Below, one piece after another: positions 1 through 11,784 of a stretch of 64,000 bases of DNA. Below the pieces are notes generated by a model. The model saw nothing but the letters and a program-made list of their open reading frames with translations, made no database searches and had not been told where the DNA came from. Both the position numbers and the translations under genes were made by a program. Each line of letters starts with the position of its first letter. Position 1 is the first letter of the stretch. Source of the DNA: Lingula anatina (lineage: Eukaryota > Animalia > Brachiopoda); contig CM120641.1 in NCBI GenBank assembly GCA_051362555.1, positions 48,366,401 through 48,430,400 on the forward strand, in the 5' to 3' direction.

Positions 1-416
1 AATGCTATTGTGCGCCTCAGCAAAACTACCGATTGCTATCTCACACCGAATACTGCGGTAAAGAAACAACAGCCCGACAGTAAAACTCTTAATAGATTCT
101 CCTGTTATCTGAATGAATGGATATGACGATGTTGTTTAGCGTCCTAAACTAACTGTACTGATCGTTATCTTGCACCTTGGGCCGCACACGTAGTACTCAG
201 GTAAAGGTACGCTAGGGCAACATTGCCGACTGTTAGATCTTTATAAGCGCGAGAATAGCCCGGTGGCCGATTTTAAGGTGTACGAAATTCACGAAATGAA
301 GATCGCGCAAAATTGCTTACTGGCCGAAATTCATGGTCCAGAAAAAACTCCAGACGGCCGATTTTAAGATCGTTCGAAATTCAAGAGCCGTTCGAAATTC
401 ATGGCACTTTACCGTA
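1..416. mobile_element. Probable right end of a TA-flanked DNA transposon/MITE (Tc1/mariner/pogo-like) in a UBR7 intron, truncated by the window edge
   Basis: CpG-rich island in AT-rich intron; repeated subterminal motifs (CGAAATTCA x4, GGCCGATTTTAAG x2); ends ...CTTTACCG|TA, which reads TA|CGGTAAAG on the minus strand, a pogo/Tigger-like terminus. Left end not visible. Confidence 0.45.
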
Positions 417-747
417 TTGTAGTCATCACTCTTATGACATAAAACAGTATAACGGGGGTTTTACGTATTTGTCCCATGTCTGCTTATCAGGATTCAGGGT
501 ATTATTTTGGGAAATATCATAAGACATACTTATAACTCATTACAGTAATTGACCAGTGTTTTGTGTACTCTGCTTGGTATGAGAAGAATGATTTATAAGA
601 AATTTTGTACTTATGATAACTGATAGTGGTAAAGGGCATTTTAACACTGCGTATTGAACTTATATCTTGGAGTCTTAACATCTTTAATATCAGTTCAGCT
701 TGTGCTGTATTATATTAACAGAAATAAGGTTTCTTGCTGTGTTTCAG

Positions 748-2030
748 GTAGAGGATGAGATGATTCAGTGTGTCATCTGTGAGGACTGGTATCATGGAAG
801 AGTAAGTCTTTCTCATTTTCTCTGTAGTGGAATAACCTGTCAAGTATCAAATCACACAAAGTTGTGACCATTCATTTATTCAGACTGGTTACATCTTGGT
901 TATCTTTAAAATCACAAGGTCACCTTGTATACTCACATAACATGCTCCTGCCCCCCTCCAGCCTCTCTCATTTAAGTATGTTGTCTCCATTTTCAGCACC
1001 TGGGCACTCCTCCGCCTCAGAACCAAGATTTCATGGAGATGATTTGTGACGGATGTATGAAGAAATGTGACTTCTTGTGGCCATATGCTGTACATAGTGT
1101 TGGTAAGGCACCAGTGCTTGGGAAAGCAAATATTGTAGTTTTATTTCTGAACAATTCGATATGAAGATTTGATGAAGAGTAGGTATTTAACTTCAGTAGA
1201 ACATGGCTGATCATGGATTAATATTGATAACAGTATTTGTGCATATTTAGTTGTTCATTTAAATATTTTTCACTATTTCAGAAGTCACACAGATTGAGAA
1301 AGCTGACACAGTTGGTGTAGATGTGGAGACAGTTCAAGCTGGCAGCACAGATGCTGACACTATTGGAACCAAATCAGAATACCATAAGACTGATGCCACA
1401 GGGTCAGGAAGTCAGACAGCTGAGAGAAAAGAGTCAGAAAACCAGACAGTTGAAGCTATAAAGCCACTTTCACAAGAACACACAAATGTCGAAGCTAAAA
1501 TTGAACAGAAAAATGGGCAGTGTTCCGCCAACCTGTCTGAGTCTTCTTCTCCTTCGTGTAAACTCCAGGAGTTGCAACAGAGAGACATTCCGCGCACTGC
1601 CTCTGGTGCCACCTACTGGCCAAATGGTTGGAGGGCCAAACTGTGTCTTTGTAATGATTGCACAGTGAGTTCTCACTTATCACATTTCTACTTCTAAAAC
1701 AGCCAAAAACAAAGGAGTCGGCAGCAGTGGTTGTTTCACCAGTTTGGATCCATTATGATTTATATTCAGAATGGAAGGCTAGGGCTTGAGCTTTTTCTAT
1801 GGAATTTTGGGTTTTCGTGATTTTTAATTCAGTTGTGAGACTTCTGGTAGTTCCTGAGAAAGTTTCTAGATTTATCACCACAATAAATGTTATCAGATTT
1901 TTCCGAAGGCCCGGGCTCATTTCTGAAAACTTGAAATTTTCACTAATTTTGTCCCAAATTCTGCTTGTATTAGTCCACTTATTATTAATATAAACATAAG
2001 GTTGGACATTTTCAGATGAGTTGTAAAAAT

Positions 2031-2064
<34 letters not shown>

Positions 2065-3100
2065 TATTTGTGTAGAATTTCAGAACCTATTTAACGTAAT
2101 ATGAGCTTTCTGTCTAAAACTGAAAATCAGCTGTAAAATATACTTTGGTACACTTTTTAATTAAAGACAATAAAAAGTTCTATGTTGCAGTTAAATTGTC
2201 ACTTAGGATAAAGATTTTCTATGATCTGAGACCATTTATGTTATTACTTTCAGAAACTGTATGAAGAAAAACAAGTGCCATTTCTCCCAGATGAAGGAGA
2301 CACTGTACATGCATATGAAGAAAGGGGGCGCGGGAAGGAGCCCGGTCAGTCCCAGTATGACCGTGGCTTGAATGTACTGTCCAGTATGGGTAGAATACAG
2401 CAAGTGGAGGTCCTAAGAGGTAACTGAACTGGTGGAAAAGAGGGGGGAAGGGAGGGGTATTAGTTTCTTTGTTTTGTTTTACAACTTCGGTATGGTAATT
2501 TATTTAAGATGAAGATTTGCAGGAATTTGTCCATATGATCATAAATAGTGGGACACAGTGATGATCATTTTCATAAATGATTATAGATACATAAGGTTTA
2601 TAATATTTTATTTTCTAGGATACAATGACATGAAGGAAGAGCTGACAGATTACTTAAAGAAATTTGCAGATAATGGAAAGGTAAGAAAATATGATATGGC
2701 TGAATTCCTGCTTGACCATAAGGCGGCACTGAAGTGGGTCTTAATGAGGTTTATTTTTTAACTGCACTTATTCTGTTTAAAGATATGGATTTCTAGATCC
2801 TCTTTTACTTATCCTGTATTTGTAAGAATTTTTCCATTGATTCCAGCATTGATTTCATTAATTCTTTGCCTGTCATATGACTTGAACTTCACATTATTTC
2901 CTGGATCATGCAATTCCTTGATGCACATCATCTTTTCTTTTCAGGTAATTTCTTGATATTCATCATCTTTTAAAGATGTCATGTAAATTGATATGCTATT
3001 TCAGGTGGTGCGTGAAGAAGACATAAGAGAATTTTTCACAGAACTTCAAAAGAAGAAGCGGCAGCGTGTAGAGGGACCTCCCCAGTTCCACTGCAAATGA
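748..3100 (+). CDS. UBR7: E3 ubiquitin ligase UBR7, 3' exons (PHD finger and C-terminus); 5' exons lie outside the window
   Basis: Exons ~748-801 (VEDEMIQCVICEDWYHGR), 997-1102 (..EMICDGCMKKCDFL..), 1282-1664 (..WRAKLCLCNDC), 2254-2419 (LYEEKQVPFLPDEGDTVHAYE), 2619-2680 (YNDMKEELTDYLKKFA), 3005-3100 (VVREEDIREFFTELQKKKRQR..HCK*). All GT-AG and phase-compatible; motifs match UBR7. Confidence 0.93.
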
Positions 3101-4203
3101 AAGCCTCTTTTCTAAGCAAAATTGTTGGACTTCCACACTGGATGTAATCTCATTTACATCTGTAATTTAAATGTAATCCAGAATCTTTGAAAAAGATCAC
3201 TTTCAATCACTTTTTGAAAACTTTTCTTTGTCATATCAGTTGCAAAAATATTCCAAAGAACACTAATTTTCTTTTCAATAATCACAATGCATTTATTTAG
3301 AGAAAAAACTATCAGATAATAACTCTTCATTACCTTGTTGCATATTTTAAGAACATTACATTCATTTTGAATTTTAAACAAATAAGATTTGAAAGTGTTT
3401 AATGTATGTAAACAAAACTTTCTGTTAGTCTAGTTTTTATTGCAAACTATTTCAGAGTTAGTGTTGCTTTAAGAATATAAGTCATATTTACTGTTGCAGT
3501 CAAACTGAACAGCTTGAAAAAATTGTTGAACTCAAAAAGTGTAAATAAATATTATAATTGGTAGTTTTATTCTCTGACTTGAATATCAAGTGGTCAGAAA
3601 AAAAAATTGAGGTTATTTCCCTTAAACATCGTGGTATATCCTACATACAGACACAAGAAAACTAATTTTATTCCTTTTTTTTTCAAGAAAGAAGGGGGGG
3701 GGGGAAGAGTTGTTTATATAAAGGAGCAGTGACCAAGATTCCCAGGCTATAGTAGCATAATTTGTTTAAATTAGACTATGTTGGGAGTAAATGCTGATAA
3801 TTATTATCTTGATTGCACGTTGATTGTTTCTGTAACCAACAACAGAGCAATACTTATAATACTGGCTTATATTAGTGTTCTTCAAACACTCGCACCAAGC
3901 CAAAATTTTCATGGTTACTACAGTAGCTCTTTATTCCAGTATCAGTAAACAGTTTTTAAATAGTCTTGTTAAAGAAAGAACATTTAGACTTATCAAGTGT
4001 AGAGCTTGGAATGCTAAATAAGGAGGAAAATGCCTTTGAACAAATTGTCTGAACTTTTTCCTACAAAATCAGCATCACTCTAATTTTCTAAATTACAGAA
4101 AGGCAGAAATCCTCTAAAAGGAGGATAGGTCCTTCAAATATCTAGTTTTGTTGCTCTTCATCAATATCACAGGTACTGTATATTACCCAAAACTATGGGC
4201 TTA

Positions 4204-4429
4204 CACCCCATTTCCATAGATTTTTAGATCGATCTATCCCTGTGGGGAGTCTCACTAGATTACTGTCAGCTTGGCCGGCTTAAGCGTCTGTCCCGCCTTC
4301 TAAAAGCTGTAAGGGGGTAATTAACTATGGTGCCCGCTCTGCTGACTGCAATTTAACGTGAACCCCCAGGGAGTTAGGTCGATCTAAAACTTAATCTTTA
4401 GATCGATCTAAATCTCTGGGAAAGCACCC
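4204..4429 (-). mobile_element. Hairpin MITE family 1, copy A (PIF/Harbinger-like, TTA TSD)
   Basis: TTA|CACCCCATTTCCATAGATTTTTAGATCGATCT...TAGATCGATCTAAATCTCTGGGAAAGCACCC|TTA; core is the reverse complement of the copies at 9114 and 25163. Confidence 0.88.
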
Positions 4430-4777
4430 TTAGTTCACAGTCAATGATATCCTTAAAGCTTTAGTCTTTAGTATAGATCACATCTTTCCCTGATAACATT
4501 AATATTATATACTGGTACAGTATAACACAGATTATGCTGTCACCCTGATCTGCACTGAGACCCATTAACAATTTAATACCCAAAGTTAAGACAGTTACTC
4601 ATGACTAGTAACTTATATATCTATTTAGATTAAATAAGTAAAATGGAACATGAGATTACTGCCCGTATTTAAGAAAATAAAAGGGTTATATATTAATAAT
4701 AAATAAAAACATATACATAAATATTTTGGAAAAAATATTTATAATGTACATTGTTATGTTATTTTTGGCTTAAATAT

Positions 4778-7700
4778 TCAGGATTGTTGTGTTTCTAGAT
4801 TGATAAGAGCACATTTGATCTCTTCAAACTGTTCCTGTGACAGAGAGGCCTCCTGCAGGTTGCCATCTATTTCCTCTTCTGTTATATTTTCAAATCCTTT
4901 TGTCACTGAAATGAGGAAAATTACTGTCTAAAATAATCAATTTTGACAAAAAATATAATTTACCATCAACTAAAAGTATCTTAATCCAAGATCACTTGTC
5001 CTGCACAAGGAAAAAACTGCTTTCGGAACCACTTCTATAAATGTGTTTTATTAAAATAAAAATAAAATCAACACTGAAGCTAACACGCATCATTGTCTAT
5101 CAAAGGCCATGAAAATATCTCAATCACTCTGCACTCATACCTTCTACCAGGGCGGCAGATATTACAGGCACATTTTCCACCATCCACAGTTAAAAGATTG
5201 ACCACATTTAGCCAGAAACATTATCTGTGAATATCTTGTAAAAAATCAATCTGTCACCCTGGTAGAGGGTACTGTACTCATGGTATCAAGGTGGATAAGT
5301 GAACAATAACAATTCCCACTCCCTTGATTTAACAGTGCCCCCATTTTAGAAATGGCAGGGAAAACCCTGAATTCCTTTTTAGATCAATTTACTTTCAATA
5401 CTTCTCAGCAGTTTAAGTGTTTCAAAGTGAAAACCAGAAAGTTTTCAATGGCTTTTGAACATCACTCATAAGCAAGCATCTATAGCCTGTGATATCAGAT
5501 CTTTGTAATGTTATAAAAACATTAAAAATGTTATCCTTCCAAAGCTGACATAATCATATAATAATATAAATGATAAATTCGGCAGAAATATGGGAGCAAT
5601 CAGTTACCTTTAATTGGCAGGTGTCCACCAAGCTCTGCAACAGCTATATTGAATATGTCTTCATTTTTGGCACCTAGAAAATGAAGTACCCACAAGTATT
5701 ACTAGCTGAGGTGATTTTGAACTATTCTGATGTATTAAGACGAAGTTTTTGAGTCCATATTAGTTCAGCTCTGTTACTGAACAGTACCTAAATTATAAAC
5801 ATAGAGTATCCTGAAGCTTAGCAAGACATCAGTCCAATGTCACATGACTATATAAACAACAGTAAAAACTGTTTTCTGCAAAAATACAAACTGACAATCA
5901 ACTCAAAATACATATAGATATTTGTTTACATATTTAGATATTCCAAATCATATTCCTGAAAAAAGTCATGACTTCCATGTGTTTCAGTTTTATGGCTAAA
6001 AATGGGTGAATTACGTAGTTTCCAAAGTGACCTTGAAGACAGACAGCTTAGGATTTTAATATGGAAATATCATACACAAGCATGGTTGGGATACCTGACA
6101 TTACTATGAACTAGTTCCTGAAAAATAAAACTGTAAAAAAACAAAATGTACACCATATATTGCTTAGTACAATATAAAGAAAAAAATGCCACCAAATCCC
6201 CCAAAAAGATAGAATAGATTGATTCAGATAAATCCTGAAGTTAGTGTGCGTGTGTTCTAACATACATGTAACATGTAAGCAAAATTGCTATCCATAACAA
6301 CAATTTTTATAATCTACTCAAAATGCTACAAGCTGTCTCCATGGTTACTGGCATTTTTTCCTTTTAACGGAAACAGAAAATATCCAGTCTAATGAAAATA
6401 AAAACTGCGACAGTGTTTCGTTATGCCAGCTTTTCAAATCAATACATTTTCTCCCTTTCTTTTTGAACTGATTCACATTGTTTTCACTAGTGATTCTATT
6501 CAAAGTAATTTCAGTAAACCAGCTTCTACAAAAGAATGAGAGGAAAAATAAAACTTGGTCCAGAAACAGTTAACAACAAATGCTTCCACCACTTTCCTCC
6601 CCTTACACACCAACACCACACACCCCCTACACACGTATACCTAGCTCATCAGTGGCTGCACGACTGAAGATGCCCTCGTATACAAGATGAGCTGAAATTA
6701 TCATAAATACTTAACATCTAAACATGATGTGTAAAATTCAAATCTATATTTCCAATTTTGAAAAGGCATAAATATTATATTGGGCAAGAATTACAATCAA
6801 ACTTGAAAAAAAAAAAAAAAACATTGTAATTAAATATGGTCATCAAAAATAAAGACTATTTAGAGTTTTTTTACCATAAACTGGCCTCCTTGGCCATAGG
6901 TTTAGCCGAATGGTTCTGTTTTTACTGGCCCTGTCTTCACCAAATCTTGGTCCTCTCACCAACATTAGATTATGGGCAATATTCTGTCTTTGGAAATATT
7001 CTGTTATATCATATATTCTCCTGAAAGAAAGGGGACAAATTGTCATGTTTTCTCAAATATTTTCTTTCTAAAATGATCAAAGCAATGAAAAGAATACGTC
7101 TTCAGTGCATTTTGTCCAAGATGTACACTGGCCAACAGAAAAAAAAGTCTCCTATTGTAAAATTAATCGTCTCTAAAATATACCTTCTCTCCTATTGCAA
7201 GTACCATGTCTTTAAGATCAAAAGTGTGTTCATTGCTCACTTTGTACACAGATGTACATTTTCATTCAAAAATTAACTATTATCTATGGTCATTAAGAGG
7301 ATCGACCTTTAACAAATTCATGTCTCGTCTGAGATGCCTCTCAATTCAATGTTAATAAAGAACTTTAATTTTACATGAAGTACCTGTATACACCTACATA
7401 TATACGTACATGTATCACAATCTTTATGCTTGTCTTATTTATTTTCCTTTTCAAAATACCTTATCAAAGTCTCCATAGGAAGTTCATCTAGCTGAAAAGC
7501 AAAGCCTCTAGCAGGAGTGTCGACTAGCTCATACATCCCATCATGCACTTCTTTTACCTTCTGGAAAAGATAGCAGGACAATAAGTCAAAGGGTCATTGT
7601 TGAGAATGAAGCAACGATTCAAGCAGATAAAATATAGCAGATGCCATTTATTTTCACAAACTGGAAAACAAGGCATGATGTGACATCTCTAACTATAATC

Positions 7701-10700
7701 AATATGATAGCACACCTAACACATTGTTACAACAATCTCAACAGTCATTCTATTACAGTACTAAAACAGTGCAACTTGGCACTATGGATAAAATTTAACA
7801 CAACACTATAAAGGCATTTGTCACCTATTGGTTTTGACCCTAAACATACATCCAGCAGAAAAAATCCTCCCCCAAAATACTGTCATTAGTCGAATGCTTT
7901 GACCCTTTTAAAGGACAATATGTTGTCAAGCTCCTTATCCACCTCAGCTCATTTTTCTTTATAGATTGTGTATCAGATATTCCCAGAAATTGCTAAGCTC
8001 CCTACTACCTGTATAATTAATAAGGTGGTGGTGTACTTACAGCATGCTCTATATAGAGCTCATAGTTACAGTAGTATGCATGCACATGCTGGTGATTTAC
8101 TGAGGCATATGCACACAGACTGTTAAACCCAATTCTGAAACCACTGAAATGATAAAATATTCATATTAAGTCATATTTAAGTTTTATTTAATTATTTATA
8201 AAAATTGGATATTAAGTCATATTTAAGTTTTATTTATTTATTTATTAAAAGTGGAAAATATGTTTTCTACCAAATAAATAAAATGATACTATGAAACTTT
8301 TTACGATACATAAAAAGTGACTTATTTGGTTTTACTATCAATAATTCAAATGAAGTATGGCAAAACTTACGGGTGAGAACTCAGCAGCATCATTTCTATT
8401 GCAAGTTGTAACAACTTTGGTGTGATAACCTGCAGAAGAGAACAGAAATAACAACATAAATCTGGCCTTTAAATGTCTTTCATCACTGTGGTCTTCTAAT
8501 CTTGTGGTATCCAGTTTTGCATTAACAGTCTCAGCTCCTCTAAAGCTGTTATCTAAATAGTAAATCTAACTTACATATTGTAAATCTTTCCAAACAGACA
8601 TTTTATAACTTACCTGATTTGTGCAGCCATCAACATCTGGCACCAGAAGCACATTACAAAATTCTAACGGGCTGATGTTGATGATCACAAGGTTACGTTC
8701 TTTTGCTTGCTAAAATATAAAACATTTAATGATATTATATCATTACCCCATAGAGAGACTTAAATGAAACAAAAACAAGGTATGCTAGTTATAAAGTAAA
8801 ACAGTTTGGCGAATAGCAACAACAACATGGACAGACGAGATCAGATGAAAGGTATATCCATATACACATTGTTCAGAAAAACTGACCTCCTCATCCTCTT
8901 TGGTCCCATTACTTATCACGTCCTTGACCCCGTTTGACCTCTGACCCCAGTGTGTGGGACACATCTCAAAAAGTATCTCTGACGGTTTGATCTTGGTGAA
9001 GTTGAATATATCAGGATTAAATGGCTGATTAACGCTGTCAATCACCTGTGGTTTTCTTCTCTCAACTCCACGCTTCACATTCAACTGAAACAATAATGAC
9101 TTAGGTTCACATAGACCCCATTCCCAGAGATTAGATCGATCCAAACTAGATAGACCTAACTCCCTGGGGGTTCACGCTAAAATTAAAATAGCTGTCAGCC
9201 GAGCGGGCACAAAAGTTAATTACCCCCTTACAGCTTGTAGTAGGCGGGACAGACATTTAAGCCGGATTATCTGACAGTAACCTAGTGAGACTCCCCACGG
9301 GGATAGATCGATCTAAATGTCTGGGAATACGCCCACAGGTTCACATAGGTACAGTCAACTCTTTAAAGGCCTACTGCGCTCTAGGAACACATAGCGTTCA
9401 CTGCTTTTTTTACAGTATAAAAACTATAAATCCACGTCAAAAAATTGTTCTTTTTAAGTTTTAGAGAGAAAAGATGAGATTTAGATGAGAAAATTCTGAT
9501 TGGTCAGTTTCTAGTGACGTAACCCGTGGAGTAGCTTCCCACAGCTGTACTAGTAATAGTATATACTATGCAGTAGGCGACTAAACATCCAGGTGTCAGA
9601 AAAACAAATGCCACAAAGTTGTGTTGCTCCCGGGTGCCGTAATGTAGGTTACAATAAGAAAGACATCTGCTATTATATCCTGCCTGCGGATGCCGCTAAA
9701 CGTAAAATTTGGCTCAATTCTCTGAAGTTAAAAAACCCCAGCACAGTGTCAAAACACGCGAGGATCTGTAGCGACCACTTCGAGCCGGAATGCTTCGTAC
9801 GTGACCTGCGAGCTGAATTGTGCGGTGGAAAAGCACGGAGAAAACTAAAAGATGATGCTGTACCCAGTATATTCGATTTTTCGGAGTACCAAAATGCGAC
9901 AGTAAATGCCAGAGCGCTGCCGACGAGAGTCTTACCTGTAGGATGTGTGCATGATGCGGCCGTCGAAAGGAAGAAGAGAGCAGCTTCTAGAGCCCAAAAA
10001 ATAGTTCGTAGCAGAATTACGTTGTCGAATTTTTTGGTTATGTTAGTGAAAACGTTAATATTAACATGATAGTGGAATCAAATTTTTACTCGACATACTG
10101 CTGCACTGATCACGTGTAAGGCAGAAGTAGCGAGGTAAGTTGCAGAGGTGTGAAATGTAGTGTCCGATGCTATCAGTCCGATATCTTTGGCCTTTTGTCC
10201 ACTGACCTGGCTCTCCCGGAATGACACTGGTAAACTGCACGGGTGTGAAAAATAATGTTAGCTGTCACACCAGCATGTATTAGGTAACTTTCTCTTATCA
10301 GTCGGGATAAGAACGTTCAGCCGACGCGACAGATGGGCAATGTGTGAAAAACTGTGTTCGCTGCCCTGCTTCCAAACCTTTACTGTTAACATAGTTTTGG
10401 TGTATTTTGTTGGTTAATAAATGATAACCACGTGGGGAATTCATCTTCTTTTGTGTATCTATCTTCAAAAGTTTGAATTTATAAATGATCATGTAGTGAT
10501 CAATTGCGTGTATCGCTTTTAGTTTGCACTGCTAGCAAGCGGATAGCTGAATCGAATATGGCTTTCTGAGCCTTGACGCTAGTGACGTCACTCGCCTTAA
10601 AGCGCCACCACGCGGGAGTATCATAAACTACATTCACACCTGCATAAAATCGGTTTTAAAAACTAAATAAACGTAAGAACTTTTTTTTCATTACTCAAAA

Positions 10701-11784
10701 ATGACTTTTGGGCACCTAACGGATAGTTTTAACCCGTTTTTTCATCACAGTATACCTTTAAGGGTGCATTCCCAATAAAACTATTGTACCAGGTAGATCC
10801 AACTCTTCAGGGATTCCATTGAATGCAATCAGATTAACAGAATGACAAGCCTCCTCCAGCAGCTAAGAGGTGATACGTTTTCATGTGTGTAAGGTGAGAT
10901 CTGCAGACTGATGAAGATCTGTCAACTGAATAATACCTATATCATCTGCTCCTCAGGAAATTAAAGAAATGTTTTTTCAACTGATATGAATTGGTGAAAA
11001 GTTCTATATATGGACGGTGGGTGGGGTGGGTTGGTGGCTGAGGAGGAGAGAGGGGTTGTTACAGAAGGGAAATGGCAGATGTATAAAGGAGATTACCTGG
11101 GACACATAATGTCTCTTGCCTGGAATGACACGGGTAACAACATGGTCCAAAGTATAACGGAAATGTCCCCCTTCCATAGCTTGGGTCCACTTACACTGGA
11201 GCATTTGATCAAACTCAAAAATAAAATAGTATTAAATCATTCATTGTCTCCAGGGTTTTTTCTTGGCCAGTTGAGCCATTGGTTAGATTATGTTAATATG
11301 AATATTACTGACATTATGCAAAGATATTGAGCTACAACACAGATTTAATTGACATATTTTATTATATACAGTCTGTAGTACTATATATATATTCCCAATG
11401 TGGCAATGGCAGTATGATATACATGTACTGAGTGATATGCATCAAAGATACTAGCTACCCACCAAAATTTGTGTTCTTTGCCACTTCCTCTCCCAATCAT
11501 AAAACAAAGGTTACATAATATCAATAGTACACACGTCAATAATCCATTAACGAATGTAAACACAACCATGATCGTACGTGGCGGTGACCGAGTTTAGGAC
11601 AATGTGTAAGTATAATTGTGAACTTGAGTGTAATCTAACATCGGTTATCTACATGTACAAGTCTATATAGCGTTCATGATTCTTAATTTTTTACCTTACT
11701 CAAATTCCATTCCTTCTTATCATCCCATGGCGGGGTACATAGCGTAAAATCATCCGAGGAATACTGGAACACTGTATTTGCCAT
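4778..11784 (-). CDS. GDPGP1: GDP-D-glucose phosphorylase 1 (HIT superfamily), 10 coding exons
   Basis: Exons 11695-11784 ([11 protein letters not shown]), 11097-11213 ([16 protein letters not shown]), 8887-9084 ([26 protein letters not shown]), ~8614-8709 ([16 protein letters not shown]), ~8371-8430, ~8041-8143 ([24 protein letters not shown] motif), ~7460-7560, ~6874-7021 (NIAHNL), ~5607-5672 ([15 protein letters not shown]); last exon stop at 4778-4780. Confidence 0.93.
5140..5269. mobile_element. MITE family 2 (TA-flanked, TIR CCCTCTACCAGGGYGACAGA), copy 1
   Basis: TA|CCTTCTACCAGGGCGGCAGA ... TCTGTCACCCTGGTAGAGGG|TA; related to 40548-40654 and the copy starting at 45935. Confidence 0.8.
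9114..9334 (+). mobile_element. Hairpin MITE family 1, copy B, in GDPGP1 intron 2
   Basis: GACCCCATTCCCAGAGATTAGATCGATCC...GATCGATCTAAATGTCTGGGAATACGCCC; nearly collinear with 25163-25376; flanks ATA/ACA. Confidence 0.88.
9367..10757 (+). mobile_element. Kolobok-like non-autonomous DNA transposon carrying a THAP ORF
   Basis: TTAA at 9363-9366 and 10758-10761; termini AGGCCTACTGCG and (rc) AGGTATACTGTG (9/12 match); CTAGTGACGT motif near both ends; THAP ORF inside. TTAA TSD, purine-purine termini and THAP are Kolobok hallmarks. Confidence 0.75.
9608..10069 (+). CDS. THAP zinc-finger domain ORF (N-terminal remnant of the Kolobok-like transposase)
   Basis: [29 protein letters not shown] shows the C2CH ligands, conserved P/W/F and the AVP box; no DDE domain follows. 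Confidence 0.8.
   Translation: MPQSCVAPGCRNVGYNKKDICYYILPADAAKRKIWLNSLKLKNPSTVSKHARICSDHFEPECFVRDLRAELCGGKARRKLKDDAVPSIFDFSEYQNATVNARALPTRVLPVGCVHDAAVERKKRAASRAQKIVRSRITLSNFLVMLVKTLILT
10762..10875. mobile_element. Degenerate MITE family 1 member (copy F; only one end recognisable, other end approximate)
   Basis: TAA|GGGTGCATTCCCA is identical to the rc right terminus of copy C; following ACTATTGTAC..GATC.AACT..TCTTCA..TGCAAT resembles the rc right arm of copy E (28420-28676). Confidence 0.55.

Noticed and set aside
4447-4454. ATATCCTT as a U12 AT-AC donor
   Set aside because: Lies beyond the UBR7 stop with no exon or matching branch point; chance match.
9085-9144. N-terminal [20 protein letters not shown] of ORF 8785-9144
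   Set aside because: Intron and MITE sequence upstream of the exon-3 acceptor (TTTCAG).
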